The translations under genes and the position numbers were made by a program. Below, in pieces: positions 1-8,634 of a DNA stretch of 64,000 bases. Numbering within the stretch: the stretch's first letter is position 1; each line of letters opens with the position of its first letter. The notes below the pieces were generated by a model. The model did no database searches, had not been told where the DNA came from, and saw only the letters and a program-made list of their open reading frames with translations. The DNA is from Candidatus Taylorbacteria bacterium RIFCSPLOWO2_12_FULL_43_20 (lineage in GTDB: Bacteria > Patescibacteriota > Minisyncoccia > Phycocordibacterales > HO2-43-120), in the NCBI GenBank assembly GCA_001821295.1, contig MHSK01000006.1, positions 11,801 through 75,800 of the forward strand, given 5' to 3'.

Positions 1-716
1 TGCTTGGTGCTTATCTGAGGATGGGGTGTCTTTCTTTTCCTCTTCTTTTTTGAATTTACAATTTTTTCGAATTTCTCCTTCAAATTCTTCAGGATGGTGA
101 GCTTGTCGAACCAGGATTTCGTACTTCGTGCTTATCTTATTAGTATTACTCTTAAGAAAACTCCGCCTATGCAAATCGCAAACACCAAATTTTTCAAGAA
201 GTTTGAAATGTTCTCTAGTGCCATATCCTTTATTTTTTTCAAAAGAGTATGAAGAGAACTTGCAGCCGGCTATTTCCATACGCCTATCCCTCGCGACTTT
301 TGCCACAATTGACGCGAGACCTATTACTTTTATCGTCCTATCCCCGCCTATAACGGTCTTTTGATTGGTAAACTTAAAAGGCGCTTCCAGAAGACCATCC
401 AGATAAATTTGACACTCGTTACTTTTCACCTCCATCCTTGCCAAGCTCCTGGCTATAGCGAGCTTAATAGATTTTGTGATGCCTATTTTGTCCAAAACGG
501 CTGGAGACACGAAACTCACTGAGTGTTCGCATCGGTTTTCCAAACGGAATTTATTTATAATTTCAAAAATCTCTTCCCTTTTCTCCGCCGATAATTGTTT
601 GGAATCCAAGGGAAGCTTGAAGTATCTCAGTATCTTTTTGTCTTTAAGTAAAAAAGCGCATACCGCGACAGGCCCCGCGATGGGACCTCTCCCCACCTCA
701 TCTATACCGATGATCA
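1..716 (-). CDS. rnhB: Ribonuclease HII, 3'-partial (C-terminus runs off window start). Missed by the ORF track.
   Basis: Manual minus-strand translation from ATG at 716-714 gives MIIGIDEVGRGPIAGPVAVCAF...DSKQLSAEKREEI...GYGTREHFKLLEKFGVCDLHRRSF, canonical RNase HII motifs. No stop before position 1. Confidence 0.85.
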
Positions 717-766
717 TTTTGCCTTGTGTTTTCAACTTATAGAACAGCCTTAATTGATAATGTTAG

Positions 767-1264
767 TCAGGGCCATATTAGTCGACAATATGTTGCATTG
801 GTATAGCTTCCAGAAATTTCTGTCCCACGTCCACAAGAAACCCCATCTCCCTCCAAAAACCATCTTATATCAACATTAGTACAATTGGAGCTACCCAAGT
901 AACACCTATATATATAACCTACCCACGAAGAAACTTTGTCGCCCGCGGGCAAACCCGGCAAATAAGTTGAAAGCGCAGTCTTTAACGCTTCGTTTTCAAA
1001 ATAAGTACCCGACCAGCATTTATCATCACTATAATCTCCCAAGCAAACCCATCCAGTGGTATTTGGATAAGGATATTTACCCGCCGAATCATAATACAAC
1101 TCCATGGCAAGCGAGTATTGTTTAATATCACTAATCCTTTTAACATTCCTCGCCTTAGACCTCGCATTATTCAAACTGGCTAAAACCACGGAGGACAAAA
1201 GCCCGATGATGGAGATCACGACTAGAAGCTCTATTAATGTGAATCCTTTTTTGGTGATGATCAT
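767..1264 (-). CDS. Type IV pilin / pseudopilin with class III (prepilin) signal peptide
   Basis: N-terminus MIITKKG|FTLIELLVVISIIGLL (G at -1, E at +5, hydrophobic alpha1 helix). C-terminal Cys pairs typical of the pilin D-region. Confidence 0.85.
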   Translation of the reverse strand: MIITKKGFTLIELLVVISIIGLLSSVVLASLNNARSKARNVKRISDIKQYSLAMELYYDSAGKYPYPNTTGWVCLGDYSDDKCWSGTYFENEALKTALSTYLPGLPAGDKVSSWVGYIYRCYLGSSNCTNVDIRWFLEGDGVSCGRGTEISGSYTNATYCRLIWP

Positions 1265-1282
1265 AAAATACTTTAAAACGCT

Positions 1283-1876
1283 TTATTTAAGAAATTCCAA
1301 ACAATAAATCTTGTCAGCCGCTCCTCCTGTTGCGTCCGAACAATGCCACCCTCTATATCCTGGACCGTAAGTAGCAGGAATCATGCGAGAAGAGACCAAA
1401 CCATAATAACTAGCATTATAATAATAATATGTGCCAGTATCTGGAGACTGGGGTAAACTTGAAAAATATTTTGGCACCAATTCATTCAAACAAACCTTAC
1501 CGGCATATATCGTCCCTACAACGCACCATGAGGTACCATTAACGTTCTCAGGCATACTACCTGTATCAAGATTGTACGATTGAACAGCGTTCAATAGCTG
1601 CTGCAACTCTACCTGTTTTTTTGCAAAACGAGATTTTTGCCTCGCATTATTCAAACTGGCGAAAACCACGGAGGACAAAAGCCCGATGATGGAGATTACA
1701 ACAAGTAGTTCAATTAGGGTAAACCCCGTTAGAAAATTACGGCGGTCACAGCTACCAGCTGACAAAGATTTACATTGCAAAAAACTAAAAAAGGAACTGG
1801 CTTTTGTTTTATGATTTTCTAACGGGGTAAATCCTCTTTTTTTTGAAATATTTTTATTTCCAAACATTAGTTTCAA
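1283..1876 (-). CDS. Type IV pilin paralog; true start likely downstream of the annotated TTG
   Basis: Internal LTG|FTLIELLVVISIIGLLSSVV is nearly identical to the neighbouring pilin. About 85 bp of DNA (1150-1235 vs 1640-1725) is duplicated between the two genes. C-terminal Cys pairs present. The N-terminal extension carries a degenerate second prepilin-like motif KKRG|FTPLE. Confidence 0.75.
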   Translation of the reverse strand: MKLMFGNKNISKKRGFTPLENHKTKASSFFSFLQCKSLSAGSCDRRNFLTGFTLIELLVVISIIGLLSSVVFASLNNARQKSRFAKKQVELQQLLNAVQSYNLDTGSMPENVNGTSWCVVGTIYAGKVCLNELVPKYFSSLPQSPDTGTYYYYNASYYGLVSSRMIPATYGPGYRGWHCSDATGGAADKIYCLEFLK

Positions 1877-1940
1877 TAAATTATATACTTAGAACGTGCG
1901 CAACGGGTTGGGATTCTCCTTTTTTAAAGTGAAAATTGTT

Positions 1941-2000
1941 GGGGGCACCCCATCACCTCGGAAACCTCGGCTCTTCCCCTCTTCTAAAGAGGGGAAGAGG
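1941..2000. repeat. Repeat family A copy 1: cctcggaaacctcgg plus hairpin cttcccctc-N-gaggggaag
   Basis: About 60 bp near-identical to 37104-37165. Contains a perfect inverted repeat ctcttcccctc/gaggggaagag. Confidence 0.8.
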
Positions 2001-2037
2001 AAATCCTCCAGCCATGCCGATTGCGTAAGTTCTAATA

Positions 2038-2295
2038 TTATATAGGAAATTCCGCGGGATCTATAATACCCGAAGGCAAATCTCCTCCGCCTCCTCCACC
2101 AAACTGGGTTGAAATGACTATAATTGTAATAATAACCACAACGATCGCCACGCCGAGCAAATATATTTGCGCCTGAGCATAGGATTTGGCTCCCATCTTC
2201 ATGGCAAGTTTAGTCAAGAAAGAACCCTTCTTTTCCCCGCTTGCAACCACAGGAGAAACATAAGTCCTATCACCTTCAAATTCAACGTTATCCAT
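2038..2295 (-). CDS. Small hypothetical membrane protein (85 aa, one TM helix, Gly-rich tail)
   Basis: ORF with hydrophobic stretch LLGVAIVVVIITIIVI. No recognisable family. Confidence 0.4.
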   Translation of the reverse strand: MDNVEFEGDRTYVSPVVASGEKKGSFLTKLAMKMGAKSYAQAQIYLLGVAIVVVIITIIVISTQFGGGGGGDLPSGIIDPAEFPI

Positions 2296-2319
2296 AAATT
2301 TTAGAAAGCTTATAAATTT

Positions 2320-2358
2320 TATTCGCGTGCACTATTCGTTAAGCGGTATCTACATTGA
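2320..2358 (+). repeat. Repeat family C copy 1 (attcgYgtgcactWttcgttaagcggtatctac)
   Basis: Shares about 30 bp with copies at 46905-46935, 50288-50318, 50350-50390, 50943-50976 and 52453-52490, all in the same orientation. Confidence 0.75.
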
Positions 2359-2366
2359 TATTCATA

Positions 2367-2486
2367 GGACTTACGCAGTTGGATGCAGTTCGAGGCGCAA
2401 GCGAGGATTGCGACCAAAATGTATACTTATACATTGCGGGAGCAAACGGAGTTTGCAACGAAGAAATGCGCCGACTGCGTAAGTCC
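2367..2486 (+). mobile_element. MITE-like 120-bp element, family B copy 1, with 13-bp terminal inverted repeats ggacttacgcagt/actgcgtaagtcc
   Basis: Near-identical copies at 17988-18107 (inverted) and 34042-34161, plus a partial 5' copy at 52405-52434. Non-coding and intergenic. The internal palindrome is atgtatacttatacat. Confidence 0.7.
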
Positions 2487-2586
2487 TAATTCATACTATA
2501 CCATACACTCCCACCACATCAAGAGAAATTCAGTGGAAATATTGTTGTTTGTGGTCTGGCTCAAATTCGCTATACTTTAAACAATT

Positions 2587-5500
2587 ATGCCGAAATTTAC
2601 TCATCTTCATACCCACTCCCACTATTCCCTTTTAAACGCCCTGCCACGACTGCCGGAGCTGGTAAAATCAGCGAAAAAAGACGGCATGGAAGCACTCGCC
2701 CTGACCGATAACGGCAATCTATATGGGGCGATTGAATTTTACAAAGAATGTGAACAGCAGGGCGTGAAGCCCATACTCGGCATAGACGCTTACAAAGCCC
2801 TGCGTACGAGATTTGACAAGCAAGCCGGTATAGACAACAAACGAACGAGATTGATATTGTTGGCAAAAGACAATGACGGCTACAGAAACCTAATCAAGCT
2901 CGTTACGTACTCCAACCTTGAGGGGTTCTATTACAAGCCGAGAATCGATGACGAACTCCTTCGTAAATACGGAAGTCATCTGATATGTATTTCTCCGGCC
3001 GGAAACGGAGAAATATCAAACATGCTTAGAGTTGGTGATTTTGACGGCGCCAAGAGCAAAACACGCGCTTACGGCGAAATTTTCGGCCGTGATAATTTTT
3101 ATTTGGAAGTGACTCGCCATCCTCAAGATGAAGAGCACGAAAAAATTTTGCCGGATATTAAAAAACTTTCAGAGCAAACGGGAGCAGAGCTCGTTGGCGC
3201 GCACGATATTTACTACATAGACCCTGAAGACAAAAAAGCCCGAGACACATTGCTTTCCGTCCAAACCTCCGGCGATTTCAGCGAAAGAAGGGCCTTTGGC
3301 CGAAGTGAGAACGATTACTCTTTTCAACTTAGCGCAAAAATGAAAGAGGTGTTGAGAGATTTCAACGGCGCGTATGAAAACGCGGGAAAGATCGCCGATA
3401 AATGCAATCTTTCGCTGGAACTCGGCAAGTGGCTTTTTCCGGAATACAAGGTTGAAAGCGGATTATCATATGATGAAGAACTCAGGAGAATAGTGGAGTC
3501 GGGAATGGATAGACGCGGAGTCAAGCCGACGGAAGAAGTCAAAAAACGGCTAGAATACGAGCTGGGGATTATTTTCCAGAAAGGATACGCGCCGTATTTT
3601 TTGGTCGTAGGAGACCTGCTTCGCTTCGCTCATGAACGCAAAATATTGACGACTATACGAGGATCGGTTGCCGGTTCGCTCGTCACCTACCTTGCAGGCA
3701 TTACCAATGTAAACCCCCTTGAATACAAAATTCCGTTTGAACGATTTCTCAATCCTGAAAGACCGTCCGCTCCCGATATAGACATGGATTATGCTGACGA
3801 CAGACGGGATGAAGTTATAGAATACACGAAAAATAAATATGGTGTGGACAAAGTAGCGCAAATAGGAACTTTCGGAACAATGATGGCGCGCGGCTCTGTC
3901 CGCGACGTCACCAGAGCGCTCGGACATCCCTACGGCGTAGGCGATGAACTTGCAAAAATGATACCGATGGGATCGCAGGGGTTTCCCATGACCATAGACC
4001 GCGCTCTTGAAATTGTCCCTGAACTTGCGAAAAAATATAAAGAAGATCAGACCTCAAAAGAAATAATGGACATCGCAAAAAAAATTGAGGGGTGCGCCCG
4101 GCATATCAGCGTGCACGCGGCAGGCGTGGTTATATCTCCTGTCCCGCTAACCGATATTGTCCCTTTGCAATACGACACCAAAGGAGAAAATAAAATCATC
4201 ACTCAGTATGACATGTATTCAATTGACGAGAACAATGCCGGACTTTTGAAATTTGATTTCCTGGGAATCAAGAATCTTTCAATTTTGGCAGAGTCGGTAG
4301 ATCATGCCAACAAGCGCTACGGCGCAAACATAGATATAGAAAAAATCCCGGTGGATGATGTCAAGACTTTTGATCTTTTGTCCCGAGGCGAAACAGCCGG
4401 ACTCTTCCAGATGAACGGCTCCGGCATGACCGCCTACCTGAAACAGCTGAAGCCGACAAGTATTTTTGATATCAACGCCATGGTCGCCCTTTATCGCCCT
4501 GGCCCCATGGAATCCATTCCACAGTACATAGAGCGAAAACATAACCAGCATCTGGTATCTTACCTGGATCCAAGAATGAAAAATATTTTGGATCAGTCAT
4601 ACGGGGTTATAACATACCAGGACGACGTTCTCCTCATCGCCATAAATCTTGCCGGATATACATGGCTTGAGGCAGATAAACTTCGTAAAGCCATGGGCAA
4701 AAAAATCCCCGAAGAAATGGAAGCTCAAAAAGAAAAACTTATTCAAGGCCTAGAGAAAAATGGCATGAATGGCAAGAAAGCCGGCGCCCTATGGAAGCTC
4801 ATAGAGCCTTTTGCCGCGTATGGATTCAATAAAGCCCATGCCGCTAGCTACGGCCGCGTGGCGTACCAGACCGCTTACATGAAAGCCAATTTCCCCGCCG
4901 TGTATATGTCATCCGTGCTCACGGCGGACTCCGGAGATGTGGAAAAAATCGGAGAAATAATCTCGGAGTGCAAGCGAATGAATATTCCGGTTTTACCCCC
5001 GGATATCAATGAGAGCTTTGCCGACTTTGCGGTCGTCGGCTCCGGCAAACCCGACGATGAAGAAAAAATTCGTTTTGGGCTGACAACTATAAAAAACTTT
5101 GGGGTCGGAATAGCGCAAATCATAATTGATGAGCGTGAAAAAAACGGAAAATACAAATCATTATCGGATTTTCTGGATAGAGTTAAAGATAGAAATCTGA
5201 ACAAAAAATCCCTGGAAGCTCTGGTCAAATGCGGTGCGTTGGATTCCTTCGGTGAAAGAGGTACCATGCTCGCCAATATAGAGGATCTTCTCGCTTATAA
5301 TAAAGAACAGTCTAAAAACAGCAATCATGATTCATTGTTCGGCGGGCTTTCCGAAGAAAACACGGGGATAAAAATGGCGCCGGCGGAAAAAGCAACCATG
5401 AATGATATGCTTGCGTGGGAAAAAGAGCTTCTCGGGCTATATATCTCCGGACATCCTTTGGACCGCGTAAAAGATCAATTGACGCGGCAAGGGAATAGTA

Positions 5501-5775
5501 TAAAAAAGATCAAAGAAGAACTGAAGGAAGGGATGACGACGGTGATAGCCGGAATTGTGGAAGAAGTAAAACCCTTACTGACTAAAAAAGGCGAGCAAAT
5601 GATGTTTATGAGAATAGCGGACTATACCGGATCAATAGAAACGGTCGTATTCCCCAGAGTGCTTACGGAATACAAAACCCTGCTGACTCCCGAATCCTGT
5701 ATCGCCATCAAGGGGAAATTCTCTTTGCGTAATGATACTCCCAGCATCCTCGTGGATAAAGTGAAAGGATTGTAG
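2587..5775 (+). CDS. dnaE: DNA polymerase III alpha subunit
   Basis: 1062 aa. N-terminal PHP domain (HLHTHSHYSLL), conserved polymerase core, OB-fold tail. Confidence 0.95.
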   Translation: MPKFTHLHTHSHYSLLNALPRLPELVKSAKKDGMEALALTDNGNLYGAIEFYKECEQQGVKPILGIDAYKALRTRFDKQAGIDNKRTRLILLAKDNDGYRNLIKLVTYSNLEGFYYKPRIDDELLRKYGSHLICISPAGNGEISNMLRVGDFDGAKSKTRAYGEIFGRDNFYLEVTRHPQDEEHEKILPDIKKLSEQTGAELVGAHDIYYIDPEDKKARDTLLSVQTSGDFSERRAFGRSENDYSFQLSAKMKEVLRDFNGAYENAGKIADKCNLSLELGKWLFPEYKVESGLSYDEELRRIVESGMDRRGVKPTEEVKKRLEYELGIIFQKGYAPYFLVVGDLLRFAHERKILTTIRGSVAGSLVTYLAGITNVNPLEYKIPFERFLNPERPSAPDIDMDYADDRRDEVIEYTKNKYGVDKVAQIGTFGTMMARGSVRDVTRALGHPYGVGDELAKMIPMGSQGFPMTIDRALEIVPELAKKYKEDQTSKEIMDIAKKIEGCARHISVHAAGVVISPVPLTDIVPLQYDTKGENKIITQYDMYSIDENNAGLLKFDFLGIKNLSILAESVDHANKRYGANIDIEKIPVDDVKTFDLLSRGETAGLFQMNGSGMTAYLKQLKPTSIFDINAMVALYRPGPMESIPQYIERKHNQHLVSYLDPRMKNILDQSYGVITYQDDVLLIAINLAGYTWLEADKLRKAMGKKIPEEMEAQKEKLIQGLEKNGMNGKKAGALWKLIEPFAAYGFNKAHAASYGRVAYQTAYMKANFPAVYMSSVLTADSGDVEKIGEIISECKRMNIPVLPPDINESFADFAVVGSGKPDDEEKIRFGLTTIKNFGVGIAQIIIDEREKNGKYKSLSDFLDRVKDRNLNKKSLEALVKCGALDSFGERGTMLANIEDLLAYNKEQSKNSNHDSLFGGLSEENTGIKMAPAEKATMNDMLAWEKELLGLYISGHPLDRVKDQLTRQGNSIKKIKEELKEGMTTVIAGIVEEVKPLLTKKGEQMMFMRIADYTGSIETVVFPRVLTEYKTLLTPESCIAIKGKFSLRNDTPSILVDKVKGL

Positions 5776-5858
5776 CTATTTCATTCAACATTGAAGATAA
5801 GGGCCCGTATCTGCTCACAGAGCCGAGTAATCCGCCAACTGTAACACTTTTTTCTTCT

Positions 5859-5935
5859 GTCATTCCCGCAAAGGCGGGAATCCAGATTCAAATGCTTGCT
5901 AGATTCCCGCCTTCGCGGGAATGACACCCCTCAGA
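5859..5935. repeat. Long palindrome: two 24-nt arms gtcattcccgcaaaggcgggaatc/gattcccgccttcgcgggaatgac, 1 mismatch, 29-nt spacer
   Basis: Seen directly. Lies 85 bp downstream of the dnaE stop. Each arm has its own sub-hairpin cccgcaaaggcggg. Confidence 0.8.
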
Positions 5936-6035
5936 GTTGTGAACAGTTACAGGGCCAGGGCCCTGAGTTGACTTTTTTACCTCATCATGCTTAAATGATA
6001 TTGAACAGCACAAAAATTCAACTCTACGGCAAAAA

Positions 6036-6440
6036 ATGACAAATGTACTTGTAGTGGAAGATGACGATCGCATGCGCCACATTATGTCTGAGCTCTTTGA
6101 AACTTACGATTTGCGTCTTATACCCGCGCAAAACACGGTTAAAGCGGAGCAAATTTTGGCATGGGACGAAACAATAAAGATCGTGGTGCTTGACGGCAAC
6201 TTAACACCTGAACGCAAAGCCAGCTCGACTCCTGATACGTTGCCGCTCGCCTGCAAGCTTCTGCAGGAAGACTACACGGTATACGCGGTGAGCAACAACC
6301 ACCATCATCAACACGCCCTTTCAAATGCTGGCTGTGTGATAAGCACGAAGCATGAGGTCGCCAAGCTCATAGCGGCATATTTGCATGTAAAAGGGTGCTC
6401 CGATAGTTGGGAGAGCAAATCCCTCCGCCAAAAAGCGTAA
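6036..6440 (+). CDS. Stand-alone response-regulator receiver (CheY-like REC) domain protein
   Basis: LVVEDDDRMR...IVVLDGNLTP pattern of REC domains. No output domain. No histidine kinase in the window. Confidence 0.65.
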   Translation: MTNVLVVEDDDRMRHIMSELFETYDLRLIPAQNTVKAEQILAWDETIKIVVLDGNLTPERKASSTPDTLPLACKLLQEDYTVYAVSNNHHHQHALSNAGCVISTKHEVAKLIAAYLHVKGCSDSWESKSLRQKA

Positions 6441-6454
6441 AATTCACACACAAT

Positions 6455-6487
6455 ACCAAACAGCACCGCATCTGTTTGGTTTTTTTA
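6455..6487 (+). terminator. Rho-independent terminator after the REC gene
   Basis: Hairpin accaaacag-caccgcat-ctgtttggt followed by TTTTTTT. Confidence 0.75.
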
Positions 6488-6530
6488 TTATTCCCTTCTA
6501 AACTTAACGTCTTTCTGCTATCATCTGCTC

Positions 6531-8279
6531 ATGAGTGGCAACGACGATCACATATCAAAAATCAGGCATTCTCTGGCTCACCTTCTGGCCGCCGCCGTAT
6601 TGGAGCTGTATCCTGAAGCCAAACCCACAATCGGCCCCGCTATAGACAACGGATTTTATTATGATTTTGATTGCGCCTCGGCAATATCCGACAAAGATCT
6701 CGCGAGGATAGAAGACAAGATGAAAGAAATAGTAAAATCATGGCAATTGTTTGAGGATAAAACTGTCACACCTGACGAAGCACAACAAATTTTTAAAGGC
6801 AATCCTTACAAACTGGAGCTCATTCGCGAAATATCGGCAAAAAACGAAGTTATCACGATATATACATCAGGAAATTTTACTGATCTGTGCCGAGGAGGCC
6901 ATGTAGATAACCCCTCCGCTCACATTCCGCGGAACTCGTGGCGGCTAGACAAAGTCGCGGGAGCATATTGGAAAGGCGATGAAAAAAATAAAATGCTCTT
7001 GAGAATTTACGGTCTTGCTTTCAGTACCAAAGACGAACTTGACGAATATTCCGAGCAAAGGGAGGAGGCAAAAAAAAGAGATCATAAAAAGCTGGGCAAA
7101 GAGCTTGATCTATTTACGTTTTCCGATTTAATCGGTGGAGGGCTACCTCTTTGGACCCCCAAAGGCACGTTGATGCGCGACCTTTTAGACAGCTATGTCT
7201 GGCAGCTTAGACAAAAACACGGGTATGTGAAAGTGGACATTCCTCATATAACAAAAAAAGATCTGTATGAAAAAAGCGGACATTGGGATAAATTTCAAGA
7301 GGAGCTTTTTAAAATAAAAACCAGAGAAAAACATGAGTTTGTGATGAAGCCCATGAGTTGCCCGCATCATACGCAGATTTTCGCCCGCAAACCTTGGAGT
7401 TATCGCGACCTGCCCCAGCGTTATGCCGAAACGACAAAAGTGTACCGAGATGAGCAGTCTGGAGAACTCGCGGGGCTGTCCAGAGTCAGAGCTATCACTC
7501 AGGATGACGCGCATGTCTTTTGCAGGAGTAATGACGTCAAGAATGAGATGTCTAAGATTTGGGATATCATAGCAAAATTCTATGGCGCGTTCGGCTTTGA
7601 ATTATCTGTCAGAATTTCTCTTCATGATCCGGACAATATGGACAAATATCTCGGTGACGAAGAGACATGGATAAAATCCGAAAACGAACTTAGGGAGCTG
7701 GTAAAAGAGAAAAAGAGCGATTATACAGAATGCGCTGGTGAAGCGGCTTTCTACGGGCCTAAGATTGATTTCATGGGAAAGGACGCATTGGGAAGAGAAC
7801 ATCAGGTAGCCACTATCCAGCTAGACATGAATTTACCGGAGCGGTTTGATCTATTCTGCATCAACGAAAAAGGCGACAAAGAAAGAATTGTTATGATACA
7901 CGCCGCGATAATGGGATCGATTGAAAGATTTCTTTCCATAATTATTGAACATTTCGCGGGAGCGTTTCCTCTTTGGCTTTCACCTGTACAGATAAGCATC
8001 CTGGCTGTAAGTGACAAGCATACTGAAGCGGCCGGAAGGGCATTGGAGGAATTAAACGGCGCGGGAATAAGAGCCGAATTGACAGATCCGAATATCAGTA
8101 TTGGCAAACGCGTCAGAGAAATAAAGATGCAAAAAATTCCTTACTGGATTGTTATCGGAGACAAAGAGGCTTCTAATAACTCGGCCGCTCTGGAGCACAG
8201 GGAAAGCAAGCTGGGAACTCTTTCTATTGAAGACGTAATCTCCAAACTGAGGAAGGAGATCGTAGACAAAACTCTTTAA
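6531..8279 (+). CDS. thrS: Threonine--tRNA ligase (short form without N-terminal TGS domain)
   Basis: Class II aaRS motifs, MSCPHHTQIF, C-terminal anticodon-binding domain. 582 aa. Confidence 0.92.
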   Translation: MSGNDDHISKIRHSLAHLLAAAVLELYPEAKPTIGPAIDNGFYYDFDCASAISDKDLARIEDKMKEIVKSWQLFEDKTVTPDEAQQIFKGNPYKLELIREISAKNEVITIYTSGNFTDLCRGGHVDNPSAHIPRNSWRLDKVAGAYWKGDEKNKMLLRIYGLAFSTKDELDEYSEQREEAKKRDHKKLGKELDLFTFSDLIGGGLPLWTPKGTLMRDLLDSYVWQLRQKHGYVKVDIPHITKKDLYEKSGHWDKFQEELFKIKTREKHEFVMKPMSCPHHTQIFARKPWSYRDLPQRYAETTKVYRDEQSGELAGLSRVRAITQDDAHVFCRSNDVKNEMSKIWDIIAKFYGAFGFELSVRISLHDPDNMDKYLGDEETWIKSENELRELVKEKKSDYTECAGEAAFYGPKIDFMGKDALGREHQVATIQLDMNLPERFDLFCINEKGDKERIVMIHAAIMGSIERFLSIIIEHFAGAFPLWLSPVQISILAVSDKHTEAAGRALEELNGAGIRAELTDPNISIGKRVREIKMQKIPYWIVIGDKEASNNSAALEHRESKLGTLSIEDVISKLRKEIVDKTL

Positions 8280-8314
8280 ACAAGAAACAATCGGTAATCG
8301 GCATATTTTCTCCC

Positions 8315-8345
8315 AAGAATGTCAACGCTTAGCGTTGACATTCTT
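8315..8345. promoter_or_regulatory. 31-bp palindrome, family F copy 1: aagaatgtcaacgc-tta-gcgttgacattctt
   Basis: Perfect 14-nt arms. Copies at 8604-8634 and 9942-9972. Confidence 0.7.
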
Positions 8346-8603
8346 CATTTACAAAAAAGCCAGATTGCATGAATCTGGCGTAACGAAAGAACAAGGTTGG
8401 GTGCAAGGTACTTCCTGGATAGTAGATGCTGAGCATTTCAGAAAAGCCCCCTGCCCCAACCAAAAATATTTGGTCGGCCAAGCGGAATGCTGCGATTTAG
8501 AGAATGGTTCCCCCTTTTCATTCCGCCCAGCCAAAAACAATGATAATTCATATTCCCCTGTTTGCAAAGTTGACAATCCGCATGATATATTTTCTACCTT
8601 ACC

Positions 8604-8634
8604 AAGAATGTCAACACTAAGTGTTGACATTCTT
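8604..8634. promoter_or_regulatory. Palindrome F copy 2, overlapping the uvrC stop codon
   Basis: aagaatgtcaacac-taa-gtgttgacattctt. Confidence 0.7.

Noticed and set aside
128-742. Plus-strand ORFs 128..364 and 476..742 from the ORF track
   Set aside because: They lie antisense to a clear RNase HII coding sequence on the minus strand (1-716) and have non-protein-like composition.
2383-2580. 65-aa plus-strand ORF
   Set aside because: It lies entirely within the MITE-like family B repeat and the dnaE leader. The same 'protein' would be encoded at every repeat copy, so it is spurious.
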